A DNA stretch of 64,000 bases. Origin: Eledone cirrhosa. Lineage: Eukaryota. Location: NCBI GenBank assembly GCA_964016885.1, contig OZ024743.1:363692001-363756000 (forward strand), read 5' to 3'. This document shows positions 32,464 to 47,024 of the stretch, piece after piece. Position numbers and translations under genes: made by a program. How positions within the stretch are numbered: position 1 is the first letter of the stretch; every line of letters starts with the position of its first letter. The notes beneath the pieces were generated by a model, which saw only the letters and a list, made by a program, of their open reading frames with translations, was not told the origin of the DNA and ran no database searches.

Positions 32464-33814
32464 AGTTTTCACGCATGTGTGTGTGTGTCTGTGTGTGTGT
32501 GTGTGTGTGTGTGTAAGTGTGTGTGTGAGTTTGCACGCATGTGTGTGTGTGTGCGGCGTTCCACAATCGCCATTTATTTCAATCACTCTTGTGAAGATAT
32601 TCACGTAACTTTCACTCATTTTTTCATTGAATCCCCATTTTAATTTTCAAAAAAGTTTGCGAGAAAAATGTTCTCACTCTCTACAAATGGAGTCGGGATA
32701 GATGTAGATGATCAGTATTCTACAGTGAAGCAAAGACGAGTACAGGTAACCAGAGCAAGGTCACTAAGACCTCTGCACAACAACAGGAAAGACATGAAAA
32801 CGACCGGAGGAGAGCTGCTACACGCAGGGCCAATGAGTCGCAAGAGGCAAAGAAAAAATGGTTAGATGAATTACGTCAACAAAATGCAATCCGCAAGAGC
32901 GAAAAGTCGAAAAAAGAAAGCGAAAAACGTTTAAAGGATGCAAGACTAAGACAAGCTGCCAGAGTTGCCAATGAGACAATAGGTCAGCAAGATAAAGACT
33001 AGGAGTAAACAGTTGCTTGCAAGACTTCGCCAATCCTCAGAGGAAAGACGTAAACGTCTTGATCAAGATAGGTTGAATACGTTTGACAAAAGAGTTGCAC
33101 CTTTCAAGGGGACTTGGAAAGATCAGCTTTCAACTATGATCCAAAACATGATTATTCTACACAGAAATTGATTGATATCGGAGCAATGTCAAAAGAGTGC
33201 AATTTTTGTAAAGGAAAGAAATGGGAAAGAGAACCCACCACTATGTGTTGTGGTGGAGGAACGGTTGTTTTATTACCGACGTTTGGTACCCCCCCCCCCC
33301 GATACTTTGAAGGCATTGCTTTGGGAAACACCACAAGGAGCATGCACTTCCTGAAAAACATTAGGAATTATAATTCTGCTTTCCAAATGATCTCCTTTGG
33401 TCGCAATCTTTTAAGAGAAGGGAACATGAAGATAACATTTAAAGTTCAAGGTCAACTATACCATCGTATTGGATATTTCTTGCCAACTGAAGGCAACAAT
33501 CCTCAGTTTTTACAGCTATATTTTGTGGCAAATTACAAGGAGCAGGCTTTGCAACGGTCATTTAACCTTCCAAATTTGAAAGAATAGTGAATATTTGACC
33601 TGCAAGATATGTTGATACAAACAATAGCTATATCAGAAGCTTCAAGTATGCATTATAATCTGCACCACCCACTGAATTCAAGATAGCTATTGATGCAGAC
33701 AAAAAGCCTGTTGCTGAACGCAGAGGCCGTTACAATGCCTCTGTCGCAAATGAAGTAACAGCAATTATTAAAGGCGACGAGTGTGGCAAGAGAGATACTA
33801 TTATTCAAGGAAGA
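31680..33814 (+). mobile_element. Autonomous-type Helitron, 5' part, decayed and 3'-truncated
   Basis: ORF 33114-33587 reads C..C...W..E...CC..G.V...FLKNIRNYNSAFQMISFG...FKVQGQLYHRIG...PQFLQLYF and continues RGRYNA...EV. This is the N-terminal region of RepHel. The 5' boundary is uncertain. Confidence 0.8.
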
Positions 33815-34712
33815 GGAAAAACTGCATGCTTATCAGCAAAAAGTCATGCATGGATATGTTGCCAGGAAGCTCCAGAGTGAGAGTAATATAGATAAGGAAA
33901 GTAGTCTATCTTGGACCAACAACCGCTATATTGGCTCCCACTTTGAAAGATACGCTTTTGCAATCCAAGAACAGGAAATTAACACGAAATACCTGATTCA
34001 CAAAAGAGAGAGGGATGCAGGCAAAACACCGAGATGTGATAACAAGTGCAGACTCTGCAGAATTAACATCGAAGACGAAATCCGAGCAGTTGATGTTGGA
34101 ACTCGAAAAATACTGAACAACACCGGAAGCTTCCACATCAACAGTGACATAGACCGCCTTTATGATATGGGACAGGGAGAAGAAAACATGCACAGTAGTG
34201 GAAATTAGCTGCCCAGCAGATGCCAATATAATATCAAAGATTAGTGAAAAGGAGAATATTTATGCAGAACTGATGAGAAATCTGCAGATACTCCACCCTG
34301 ATTACACCTTCAGATTTATGCCTGTGATTGTTGGGGCACTGGGATATGTTAGTAACTGCCTCAATACAAATCTTGAGAAGCTAGGCTTCACAGGAACAGA
34401 AAGAACACAACTAGTTAGGAAACTACAAGTACAATCCATTAATGGAACAGTAAAAATATGTAAAACATTCCAAAAATTTTGCATCTAATAACTGCATATA
34501 CACATGTACAGATACAAAGCATATACACATGCACACATACAACTCAAAATATATACATCCACACATACAATAACATTCATATCTACACATGCATGCATAC
34601 ATACATATCTAGCTAGTTGATGTGTAAATTCCAATGAGAGAGTCTTGTGTCTATGTTAGAAACCGACTCTCTCTCTATTGGTAAAACTTTGTGAATTATA
34701 AAACCAGAAGAA
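33815..34712 (+). mobile_element. R4/Dong-type LINE, family A, internally rearranged
   Basis: ORFs 33783-34208 and 34162-34488. 34074-34162 is an out-of-order upstream segment. Confidence 0.85.
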
Positions 34713-34782
34713 CATACATACATACATAGATACATACATACATACATACATACATACATACATACATACATACATACATAGT

Positions 34783-35921
34783 TGCGTGTGTTCCCAGCTA
34801 GTAGCAGCGGAGGTGCTGATGGTCTCCGACAAGGCCACCTCAAGGAGTTACTATCTCCCCTTTCCGCTGAGGCTGGGCGCCGCCTTCTGAGTGCAATTTT
34901 GGCACTCACCAATAGGCTTATCCATGGCGCCCTGGATCCTCACACCCGAGGCCTCTTTTTTTTTTGGCTAGCCTGACCGCTCTCAGGAAGAAAGAGGGTG
35001 GCATACGCTCTATCGCTGTGGGCAATGTCTTCCGGAGGCTGGTTGCTAAGGTGGTCTGCAGGTCCATATCACCTGAACTGGGTGAGGAGTTCATTCCGGT
35101 GCAACTGGGTGTCGGCGTGTCCAGTGTATGTGGGGTGGCCGCACATTCAACCAGGCAGTTCTTCAATAGCTGTCCACCGGAACCGGCATCCATGGACTTC
35201 AGGCACCTCATTATCAAGCTTCACGGTCCCTCTCAACGTTTGGTACCTGGATGATGCTACGCTGGGCGGGCCCGTGGAGACTGTCTGCCATGACCTTCAA
35301 TCAGTGGTTCCTGCCTTGGCGGGAATCGGCCGCCAGGTCAACTCGTCCAAGTCGGAGGTGGTAAATGTCAGCTATGATGCTGAGAGCTTTACATCCTCCG
35401 TCTTGGACGTGCGGTCCATTCTCCACCAGTTACAGGTGAACCCCAAAGAGGATGTCCTCATCCTCGGGTCACCGATCCACCCGCTGGCCATCCGCTCCAC
35501 CATTAGGTCTAGGCTCCAACAACTCCAAACCCTCACGAGCCGACTGGGCTTGATCGACGGCCACCCAGCTCTCTTCCTGTTGAGGAACTGCTTCGCCATG
35601 CCGAAGCTCCTCTATACCCTTCGCAGCGCTCCGTGCTACAGCCACGCATCTCTCCTAGCTGACCTCGATACTTGTATCCGAGCGGCAGCTGAGGAGATAT
35701 GCAACGTCAGGTTTGACGACATTGGATGGCAACAGGCCACTTTACCTGTCAGATTTGGCGGCCTTGGCCTCCGGTCCCCGATCTCGCTGGCTTTGCCGGC
35801 GTTTCTTTCATCGGTAACCTCACGCCGCGTCCTCGTTAGCAGGGTTCTCCAAAACACAATAGAACCCTCTGTGTTCAGGGAACGTAAGGTCGCCTGTGAG
35901 ACGTGGGGCAATTCCACTTAA
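34783..35921 (+). mobile_element. CRE-clade LINE reverse transcriptase fragment (frameshifted, internally deleted)
   Basis: SSGGADGLR..HL; KKEGGIRSIAVGNVFRRLVAK; QLGVG; WYLDDATLGG; QATLPVRFGGLGLR. Confidence 0.85.
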
Positions 35922-36604
35922 TTCGTATTAACATAATGGCTTCATCTCTATTTCGATAATTGACATCCCTTAACCTTTTTCATACATGGATGTCATGAAC
36001 ATGACTTTTTAGCCCTCCAAAGACTTAGATTCCTTTCTACATATATTGCAGCGAAAGAAAAAAAAGAAAAGGCCATGCTCACGCAACACACGTGAAAGTC
36101 GTTTAGTTCAAATAACGCCAGTGCTTGAAGTGAAAAAGGGCCTTGCACTGGACTAATCCTTCTCTCTAAACAACAGTTATGGCTATTAAAAAATAAAAAC
36201 CGTTCAACATCATTGACTGCCACAGAGTCTCAGTTTTACATCAGAGTTTACCTTCTCCTCCAATGATGTCCGAAGAAGAACGAGGGGTCTCTCAGTCGCA
36301 GTGGGCTAGCCGCGCACTCGGAGACAAACAGTATTACATACATACATGCATACATATATATATATACATTCATACATACATACATACATACATACATACA
36401 TACATACATACATACATACATACATACATACATACATACATACAAGCATACGTAGATACGTACGTACGTACATACATATATATATGTGTGTATTTCTGTG
36501 TGCATGTATGCCTACTTACACTACAGTGAGTAAAACACTATCGTCTATGATATTCTTTGTTCAACAGTTACTATCACATCAAGTGATGTGTTAAATAAGA
36601 ACTT

Positions 36605-36761
<157 letters not shown>

Positions 36762-36924
36762 TGAGAGAGACAGAGAGAGAGGAAGTGATACACATATATA
36801 TATCTATATATATATATATATATATAGAGGATAGATAGATAAATCGATACATAGATAAATAGATAGATATACATACCTGTATGTATATATATATATATGT
36901 ATGTGTGTGTTTAATGGTTAAAAT

Positions 36925-37205
36925 GACTTTTCCATGATACGTCCGTTAGGTTGAACGTGGTTTCAGGTCAAATCACTTATCATACAACTTGGTGTTGTTG
37001 TTGGACCTCCATCGTTTCCGATTGATTCAATCAAAGGTACAACCTGCTCATAAAAGGGAGATTTAGCGTATGTGACAAGGCTTGAATTACAGTACAGCTC
37101 ATATTTGTCAGCTGAGTGAAACATAGTGTCTGACTCAACGCACAATACGCCACCTAGTCTGGAAATCGAACAGCCGATGCTCAATAACCCCTAAGCAACG
37201 TGCAT
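36925..37205 (-). mobile_element. Decayed CORE-type SINE
   Basis: Minus strand has GTATTGTGCGTTGAGTCAGACACTATGTTTCAC (CORE-like) and a tRNA-like head. Confidence 0.5.
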
Positions 37206-37329
37206 TCATCTAGACATGTCAATAATTATATACTCATCTATAATTAAATTAGAAATATATAATTTATAACATATGTGGATATTAGTATAATTAACATTAT
37301 ACTATTGTTTTTTTTAATATATCTACAAG

Positions 37330-37562
37330 ATCCCAGACCTCATTCGCTCACCGAGTGGAGTGGGACTCGTCCGATGGGAGCTAGGAAACAATGTTTCTAA
37401 TGGTCTTTCCGTTGGTGATACTATCTACCAGTCGTAACTCCTAGCAACGTGAAATAAAGTGTCTTGCTCAAGGATATAATGCACTGCCCGGTCCACAAAT
37501 CGAACTCGCAATTTTACGATTGTGAATCTAATTCTCTAACTACTAAGACACGCGCCTTCGCA
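37330..37562 (-). mobile_element. tRNA/CORE SINE (similar copy at 49575-49775)
   Basis: A/B-box-like head followed by TCCTTGAGCAAGACACTTTATTTCACGTTGCT. Confidence 0.75.
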
Positions 37563-38820
37563 TGGACTAATAGACTAATAAATTAAAAAACAATGACAAG
37601 TAAATGTAGTTTATTTGTACCATTTTGATTGGTGATAAGAGATTCTATCTGTTGGAGATCGTTGAGTGTTGAAACAAAAGAAAATGTTATCGTTATAATG
37701 GCACATTGAACATTTAAAATGCATAGGTACTGTTATATTCATTTCTGTTTTATTATTGGGTGCTTAGATTTTACTTTTAGTTAGTGATCGATTAACAAGG
37801 ATTTGGACAGTAAATATGTTATAAACAGAATTTTAAATGCTGAGTGTATAAGAACGAATGCTGCACAACGCTGTTTATATAAATGTACATATAGTAGAAG
37901 CTTCTTATTGAAACCACATGACATGAACTTCATTAGAGCTATCTCAACCTAATTACTAAGACCGTTAATTTAACACACCTCCAATACTCCAATATGTAGA
38001 CAGGGTTGCCTATGCTAATCTCTAACAATACATGTATACCAGCGATTCTCAATATCGGAACGCGCAACCCAAAGGGTAACAATATGAATATGGGGAGGGA
38101 GGGAAATTTACATAATTGTTTCTACTTTAGGCACAAGGCCAGCAAATACCCAGTGCATTACTGGTACTTTATTTTATCGACCCCGTAAGGATGAAAGGCA
38201 AAGTCAACCTCGGTGGGATTTTACTCTGCTGGAGTTGTGGTATGGTGGTAGAGGAGGAAGAAGCATGATATAATGGCAGAGATGTTTGCCAAGTGTTATA
38301 GAAGTTGTGAAGGTGATATAGAGGGAGGAGAGTGGTGGGTAAGTGATAACTACTGCTAAGGGGTTATGACTGGTGTGTCAGGATTTTAGGGGTATAAAGA
38401 ATTACATAATGTCCGTTTAACATCAATCATGATATTATTTTACTTGCGTGCTGGCAGCAATATTTTCAGGTATAGTAGTTGCGGAGTCGTTAGAATATCT
38501 GATTAAAAAATACTTCTGTATTTTTTCCAACTCACTGGTCTCACTCTCTCTCTGGAAGAAACCAACTGTGTTCCGACCTGGAGAAAGATTGTCCGACTAA
38601 GTTTAAAATATCTGAGATAGGCTGAGTATTATGACGGCATCCCTGCAACTCCACCAGGACTCCGATTCTTAGTGACTCGTGGGGCATAAAAGGTTAAGAA
38701 GCATTGCGTTGAGAAACAGAAAGTTTCAGATGCACCAATTGTTATGTGATATAACAATAAAAATTATGTACTATGCAACAAAAACAGCAATACAAAAATC
38801 TATCTTTATTTTTTTTCTGT

Positions 38821-38889
<69 letters not shown>

Positions 38890-39473
38890 TCTCTCTCTCT
38901 CTCTCTCACACACACACATACACACACTCTCTCTCTTTCTCTCTGCATGTATATATATAGAGAGAGAAGGTCTTTAGTGTTTAGTCAAGGAGGAGGGGCA
39001 GTGATCACGATCCTTTTCGGAGGCTCAGTGTCAGGTGGGAGTGACAAAGTGTCCTCAAAAGAGAGGCCAGAGTTAAATGCTTGCGAAAAAGTGATCTTCA
39101 CATAGGAAGTGAGTTTGTTATCTATAACTAATAAATCCAAGTCTGAATTTGGAGCACATGGAATATTTCTATAAGTATTGTAGGTTTGTAATTGTTTGCT
39201 ATTAGCGTACAACCTTTTGTTTCTGCGAACGCATCATATTTTATATTAGTGTATATACAGATTAGACTCAGAAAACATACAAAGTGTTGCTTGTTTTGAA
39301 ATATATCAGTAAAATTACCGCTACCGTAGTGTTTGTGTTTATAAACGCGGCTAAAAGTACTCAATATAGGAAATTGAATCATTTCTTGAACCATTTTATG
39401 ATGATTTAGATCCAGACAACATACATACATACATACATACATACATACATACATACATACATACATACATACA

Positions 39474-39502
<29 letters not shown>

Positions 39503-39504
<2 letters not shown>

Positions 39505-40921
39505 CCGAGCAATTGATGTTAGAGCTCGAAAAATACTGGACGATAGACGAAATCCGAGCAATTGATATTAGAACTCGAAAAATACTAAACAACACCGGAA
39601 ACTTCCACATCAACAGTGACATAGACCGCCTTTACTTGAAACGTAGGCAGGGAGGCAGAGGCCTAACATCAGTCCAGACAACATTTGAATGTCGCATCAT
39701 ATCTCTCCGACAACATCTACGAACCTCGAAGCGTAGGAACCAGCTTCTCGAGCAAGTCTATCTGCATGAAACAGATAAGATCATGAGAGTTGGCAAGGAA
39801 CTCCTTGAGAGATATTCCCTGTGTGATAATCAAAAACTCACACCCAGGGATGTCGCTCAGCAGTATCGCAGTGAATCCATGGATGTCGCTCAGCAGTATC
39901 GCAGTGAATCCATGGATGAAAAACTGCATGCCTATCAGCAAAAAATCATGCATGGATATGTTGCCAGGAAGCTCCAAAGTGAGAGTAATATAGATAAGGA
40001 AAGTAGTCTATCTTGGACCAACAACCGTTATATTGGTTCCCACTTTGAAGGATACGCTTTTGCAATCCAAGAACAGGAGATTAGCACGAAATACCTGATT
40101 CACAAAAGAGATGTGGATGCAGGCAAAACACCTAGATGTGATAACAAGTGCAGACTCTGCAGAACTAACATCGAGGATATCACCCATGTCATCAGCAGCT
40201 GCCCAAAGATGTCATCGCGGTACTATCTACCTATGAGGCATGATGTAGTGGCCAAAACACTGTACAATGCAGTTCGTAAAAACGATAGCCCCGATGATAA
40301 ACACATTAAAAGCTACAACAATGTGGAAGACATCCATGTACATAATATGAAAGAGTACTGGTGGAATGTTCCAGTAAAAACCCCAATAAAATGCAGGCAT
40401 AACAGACCAGATATTATGATATGGGACAGGGAGAAGAAAACATGCAAAGTACTGGAAATTAGCTGCCCAGCAGGAGAATATTTATGCAGAACTGATGAGA
40501 AATCTGCAGATACTCCACCTTCGTTACACCTTCAGATTTATGCCTGTGATTGTTGGGGCACTGGGATATGTTAGTAACTGCCTCAATACAAATCTTGAGA
40601 AGCTATGCTTCACAGGAACAGAAAGAACACAACTAGTTAGGAAACTACAAGTACAATCCATTAATGGAACAGTAAAAATATGTAAGACATTCCAAAAATG
40701 TTGCATCTAATAACTGCATATACACATGTACAGATACAAAGCATATACACATGCACACATACAACTCAAAACATCCACATACACACATACAATAACATCC
40801 ATATCTACACATGCATGCAGACATGCATACATATTTACCTAGTTGATGTTGTGTAAATTCCAATGAGAGAGTCTTGTGTCTATGTTAGAAACCGACTCTC
40901 TCTCTATTGGTAAAACCAGAA
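39503..40921 (+). mobile_element. R4/Dong-type LINE, family A, ~1.4-kb 3' part
   Basis: ORF 39513-40574 (GGRGL, CRLC..EDITHVISSC, RHD, RPD). Flanked by (CATA)n. Confidence 0.9.
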
Positions 40922-40999
40922 CATACATACATACATACATACATACATACATACATACATACATACATACATACATACATACATACATACATACATACA

Positions 41000-41030
<31 letters not shown>

Positions 41031-41034
41031 TGAT

Positions 41035-41472
41035 AATAAAAACTGCCACCAAATTAAAGCACAACCGGCCTGATATTGTTGTTTGGGACCACACGTTGAA
41101 AAGTGCTCTGTTGTAGAGATCAGTTGCCCACTTGATGTCAACGTTGTAAGAAAAATACAATAGAAGGAGGACATCTACTGACCATTGATGAGGAGTTTGC
41201 AGATCCAGAATCAAAGATACACCTTCAGCTTCATACCCATCCTTATTGGGGCTACAGGTTATATACCAACCCGCTTGGACCAAAGTATAACTGAACTTGG
41301 ATTTGTGGACAAAGAGTGCAGCCCCCTAATTCATAGACTACAAATGGCTGCGATAACTGGCACCTTCAAAATTTGCAAAACATTCTTGCGATTCGGGGGA
41401 TGACAATTTCTTTTCTTTTATAACCTTGTCACGAAGGTGTCCGGTCAAAGATGTACTCGAAATTAAGAGAAA
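41035..41472 (+). mobile_element. R4/Dong-type LINE, family B, 3' fragment
   Basis: Homologous to 16383-16833. Confidence 0.85.
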
Positions 41473-41709
41473 CATACATACATACATGCAAGATGGGTGA
41501 CTGACAACGCTCCATTTACTGCCCTCTTCTTTTGTTTGTTTTATTTTCCCCTCTTGTTTGCTTTCTTTTTTCTTCTCTCAAATTGCACTACTTCTCTGTT
41601 TCTATTTTCCGATGAAGAATTAGCGTCTGAAAGGTTTAGATTCTTTTCCATCTCCACCAACTAATATACAATTATTGTATTGTTCTCATGTATTGATTTT
41701 CCTTGTTAC

Positions 41710-41805
<96 letters not shown>

Positions 41806-41888
41806 GGGGGGGTGTATTCATGTGTGTGTAAGTATTATATATATATTATATATTATATATATATGTATATATAGATATATAGATATAG

Positions 41889-41935
<47 letters not shown>

Positions 41936-42132
41936 AAAGTGAGGTTTTTTTTACAAAATGAAAAATAACCGAGGTGTCCTACACGAGTGGAAGTATAAAG
42001 AAAAAGAGATGAAATCGAAAATGCAACTGAAGTCTTATTTTTTTTTCAAATATATATATTTTTATTTGGAAAATATATATATTTAAAAAAAAAAATAAGT
42101 CTTCAGTTGCATTTTCGATTTCATCTCTTTTT

Positions 42133-42180
<48 letters not shown>

Positions 42181-42208
42181 ATATATATATGTATGTGTGT
42201 GTGTGTCG

Positions 42209-42239
<31 letters not shown>

Positions 42240-42414
42240 ATGGCGGTGCCTCAACACGGCTGGAACATGTAGTAAAGTAGTATATCCATGCATGTAGGCG
42301 TACACAAACACACACACAGAGAAGCACACACAAAGACACGCACGCACACACACATACACACAAACACATCTACAACACACATATAAATATATATATAGTA
42401 GTAGCAGCAGCAGC

Positions 42415-42470
<56 letters not shown>

Positions 42471-42504
42471 CAGCAGTAGTAGCAGTAGAAGTAGTAGTAG
42501 TAAT

Positions 42505-42800
42505 AGTATGTTAGTCGAAAGCTACAACAATACAAAATGGACAGTATCCCAACTGTTAATTTATTTATTTACCGGTCCTAATACTTCGGGTCTAAAAACA
42601 CTTCGTCAGAAGACCATGATGAGAAACTGGCTCGTACTGTGTGTTATTGTTGTTAGAGACTCGCCATATTTTCCTTTGATGACACATGACAAAAACATCT
42701 TCGTTGCCTTCAATATATTCCAAAATCTACCGTCCATTTTGATTTGTTGTAGACTTCTACTTTATAAACTTTATAAACACAATTCTAGCAAATTACAACA
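42505..42800. mobile_element. Old fold-back with a degenerate hammerhead (42574-42615, minus)
   Basis: Arms 42513-42546 and 42728-42761. ggtctt-CTGACGA...GAAGtatt-aggacc. Confidence 0.45.
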
Positions 42801-42812
42801 CACTTTTATAGA

Positions 42813-42894
<82 letters not shown>

Positions 42895-43033
42895 TAAACA
42901 ATATTAGCGTGGAAAATGTATGTTAAACGATGATGATGATGATGATGATATATACAAATATGTGTATATATATATATAATATATATATATATATATACAC
43001 ACATATTTGTATATATCATCATCATCATCGTTT

Positions 43034-43120
<87 letters not shown>

Positions 43121-43405
43121 TAGAAAGTGAGGTTTTTTTTACAAAATGAAAAATAACCGAGGTGTCCTACACGAGTGAAAGTATAAAGAAAAAAAGATGA
43201 AATCGAAAATGCAACTGGAGTCTTATTTTATAAAAAATATATATATATTTATTTGGTTCCTTTACCGGTTTCGCAGTTCTTCTGCTTTTCAAAAGTAGAG
43301 TTGAGATGGAGGGTCTGTGGTTTTTCTCACATATATATATACATATATATATATATACACACACGCACACATACACACACACACATATATATATATATAT
43401 GTATG

Positions 43406-43487
<82 letters not shown>

Positions 43488-43527
43488 TATAGTTATACTT
43501 TGTGTGTATATATATATATATATATAT

Positions 43528-43760
43528 AGTAATAATAATAAATTTGAAGACTAAAATCCAAAGAGGGCTCGATAAGGATAAATATATATCAAATATATAA
43601 GAACCGTAGAGCAAATATTTATTAAAATAACAGATTAAAGTTTAAGCAAAGAATCGCTGCTTACCCTTAACGGGATCTTCTGAAACTAAGGTTAGTTTCA
43701 GAAGATCCCGTTAAGGTTGAAAGCAGCGATTCTTTGCTTAAACTTTAATCTGTTATTTTA

Positions 43761-43768
<8 letters not shown>
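43528..43768 (-). mobile_element. Fold-back of the CAGAAGA-hammerhead family with tail
   Basis: Palindrome centred near 43690; tail hairpin 43565-43612 (minus). Confidence 0.75.
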
Positions 43769-43796
<28 letters not shown>

Positions 43797-44320
43797 CAAT
43801 TGGAGAGACCAATGGAAACATTGGTTCCTCGGTCTGATTTTACGTGCTCCACCTCATTCGTTAAGCGAATGAGGTCTGGGATCTTGTTGATCGACTGTCT
43901 ATACATATATAAAGTTTTATGGTAAATTTAATGTAGATAGATATAACTAAACATTCCTCCGTACACAGAGAAAACATAGGAATTTATCTTTATTAATTTT
44001 CGAGATTTTCTATCCTTATTAGAATATAACTAGACCTATGATTCGGTATACAAAGGAATTTACACAAATATAGTATAGTTGTGTAAAGACATGTAGAGCA
44101 GTGGAATATTAGCATAGTGAGTGTCGGATAACATATTTCGCAAAAATTAATTATTTTCCTAAAAGGAAATAATTAATCATTAACTTCAAATCCCACTATT
44201 CCTAAAGAATTGTTGTAAATGTATATGTATGCATGTATGGATATATGTATGTATGCTTGCATGTATTTTATGTGTATATATATACATGTATTATATATAC
44301 ATATAACAATATCAGTATAT

Positions 44321-44414
<94 letters not shown>

Positions 44415-44752
44415 GGGCCCCACTTTGTCATGAATGACCATGGTTTTGCACCTAGAAAGTATCCCTCCGAAGCACAAGCCTGGGCAAGGTGTGTTTTGTG
44501 GAAGACCAGCAGTCACCCATACATACCAGCCTCCCCTCTCCACGCCACCGATGTTGTCCAAGGCAAAGGCAATGGCCGGTACGGCTTGGCACCAGTGACG
44601 TCGCAACTCATTTCTACAACTGAGTAAACTGGAGCAACGTGAAATAAAGTGTCTTGCTCAAGGACACAACGCATCACCCGGTCCGAGAATCGAACTCACA
44701 ACCTCTCAATTGCAAGCCCAATGCCCTAACCACTAAGCCATGCGCCCTCACA
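44415..44752 (-). mobile_element. Full-length tRNA-derived CORE SINE
   Basis: A box TGGCTTAGTGG, B box GAGTTCGATTC, CORE GTGTCCTTGAGCAAGACAC. Confidence 0.85.
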
Positions 44753-44774
44753 AGCCATGCGCCATATATATATA

Positions 44775-45600
44775 AAACATTTTGAAGACCTTACGCTATC
44801 GTTTTAAAGTAGTGACTATGTCACTTACTTCTTTGTTCAGCAAACAAAGGGAGATAAGCTGACAGATCTCTGTTTCATACTGTTGGTATTCTTCAGAGCT
44901 TATCACTCCCCTTGTTTGTTGAAAAGGTATGAGTATGAATGTTGGATTCTTATAGAATTCCAATAATAATCAGGAACTGATTATACAGAGCGGTTGCCGG
45001 TCAAGCAAAAAAAAAAAATATATATATATATAAATTAGAATTGGTGCTCTGAAATAGCGATGTGTATATGAATGTATATACAGTGTATTTTGCAATACAC
45101 TGTATGCTTAATTAAAAGCATTTTGAAGACCTTACGCTATTGTTTTAAAGTAGTGACTATGTCACTTACTTCTTTTTTCAACAAACAAAGGGAGAGAAGC
45201 TACTTTAAAACAATAGTGTAAGGTCTTCAAAATGCTTTTAATTAAGCATGCAGTATATTACCAAATAAACTATATATACATTCATCGCTATTTCAGAGCA
45301 CCAATTCTAATTTTCAATTTTTGCTGGACCGGCAACTGCTCTGTATAATCAGTTCCTGATTATTATTGGAATTCTATAAGAATCCAACATTCATAATTTT
45401 TCAACAAACAAGGGGAGTGCTAAGCTCTGAAGAATACCAACAGTATGAAACAGAGATCTGTCAGCTTATCTCCCTTTGTTTGTTGAACAAAGAAGTAAGT
45501 GACATAGTCACTACTTTAAAACGATAGCGTAAGGTCTTCAAAATGCTTTTAGTTAAGCATACAGTGTATTACCAAATACACTATATATACATTCATATAT
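44775..45600. mobile_element. Non-coding tandem/inverted hammerhead element (retrozyme-like or PLE terminal-repeat-only)
   Basis: Minus copy 44775-45201 (period 341 nt) is fused to plus copy 45200-45600 (period 311 nt). Each carries a canonical hammerhead. Confidence 0.8.
45421..45468 (+). ncRNA. Canonical type I hammerhead (mirror copy at 44853-44904, minus)
   Basis: taagct-CTGAAGA-atac-caaca-gtat-GAA-ACAG-agat-CTGT-C^agctta. GUC cleavage after 45462. Confidence 0.9.
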
Positions 45601-45649
45601 ATATACATATATATATTTTTGTGTGTGTGTGTGTGTGTGTGTGTATGAT

Positions 45650-46070
45650 GTGGGGAATACATTATTCTCGGTCGGCTGTGAAACAAATAAAAAGAAGCCC
45701 TCGACGACCTGCATTAAATGGCACAAGCCGGAGCAGTAAATATTATTAAAAGATCGGAGGCCATAATCAGTTGATTCATAAATCCGTTATACATATTTCA
45801 CTGAGGGTTATAATAGACTGAGCTCTTCAGACGGCAAAACCTAAAAAAACTTGAAAACATTCAAATTCTTCCCCAGAAAACCTTTAAATTTAAAAAAATC
45901 CAAAAATTTCCCCGAAAAAGATTTTTTTTGATACTGGGATGAATGTGTGGATGTTGTTTCTACGACGCCCCCCCCCCCCCCCCCCCGCCCCCCCCCCCCC
46001 CCCCCCTCAAGGGAGTTTTAAATAAACCTGAATCAACTGATTATGGCTTCCGATCTTTTAATAATAATAA
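45650..46070 (-). mobile_element. Fold-back PLE-like element with hammerhead (45784-45834, minus) and tail hairpin (45696-45734)
   Basis: ccgt-CTGAAGA-gctcag..ctcagt-GAAAtatgtata^acgg. Arms 45741-45779 and 46029-46066. Confidence 0.75.
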
Positions 46071-46186
46071 TAATGATAATAATAATAATTGTTTTTGTTT
46101 GAGGGAGGAGAAAATCGATTAAATCGAACCCAGTGCGATATATATATAGTTGAAATCAACGAACAAAACGCAGGAGGCAATTATAC

Positions 46187-46222
<36 letters not shown>

Positions 46223-46824
46223 AATGTATGTATATGTGTATGTAGTGTATGAATTTATCTATGTACACATGTATGTATGTGTGTTTGCATAGCCATGCAT
46301 TTCTATGTGGTGTATAAATAAATATGTGTGTAAGTATGTGTGTGTAGATATTTGTATGTGTATGCATGTGTGTGTGGACTTTTGATGAAAAGTTCATATA
46401 CAAGAACACTATATCAATATATTCTTATATTATTGGTAGAGGTTTGGACACCATGCTTTGACGCATAGAGTTACGGCGCTTTTCATTCTGAGTTCAAATC
46501 CCGCAGAGATTAACTTTGCCTTTCATCCTTACGGGGTCGATAAAATAAAGTAGCAGTACTGCACTGGGTAATTGCTGGCCTTGTACCAAAAGTAGAAACA
46601 ATTATTTTGCTGTTTACAGAATCTAGACTGTGACTCTACTAAAGCACTCACCTGAAGGGATTTAGTTAATCTTATCAAACCCAGTATTTTATCATTCAAG
46701 TTTGGTATTTATTTTATCGTTTTCTATTTGTTAAACCGTTATATAATATATATATATATATATATATAGGAAAAAGTATGACCCCGACGGCAGAGCTCAA
46801 GTGGTTTCGACGGCTATTTCTGGA

Positions 46825-46885
<61 letters not shown>

Positions 46886-46982
46886 ATGCATATGTATATA
46901 TATATATGTATATATATATATGTATATATATATATGTATGTATACATATGTATATATATATGTATATATATGTATATATCTA

Positions 46983-47024
<42 letters not shown>

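Noticed and set aside
38985-39212. 75-aa minus ORF as a host exon
   Set aside because: Faint resemblance to a LINE pre-RT region (FSQAFNS...EDT); too weak to call either way.
44680-44752. tRNA gene
   Set aside because: The A/B boxes continue into a CORE domain and tail, so this is a SINE head.
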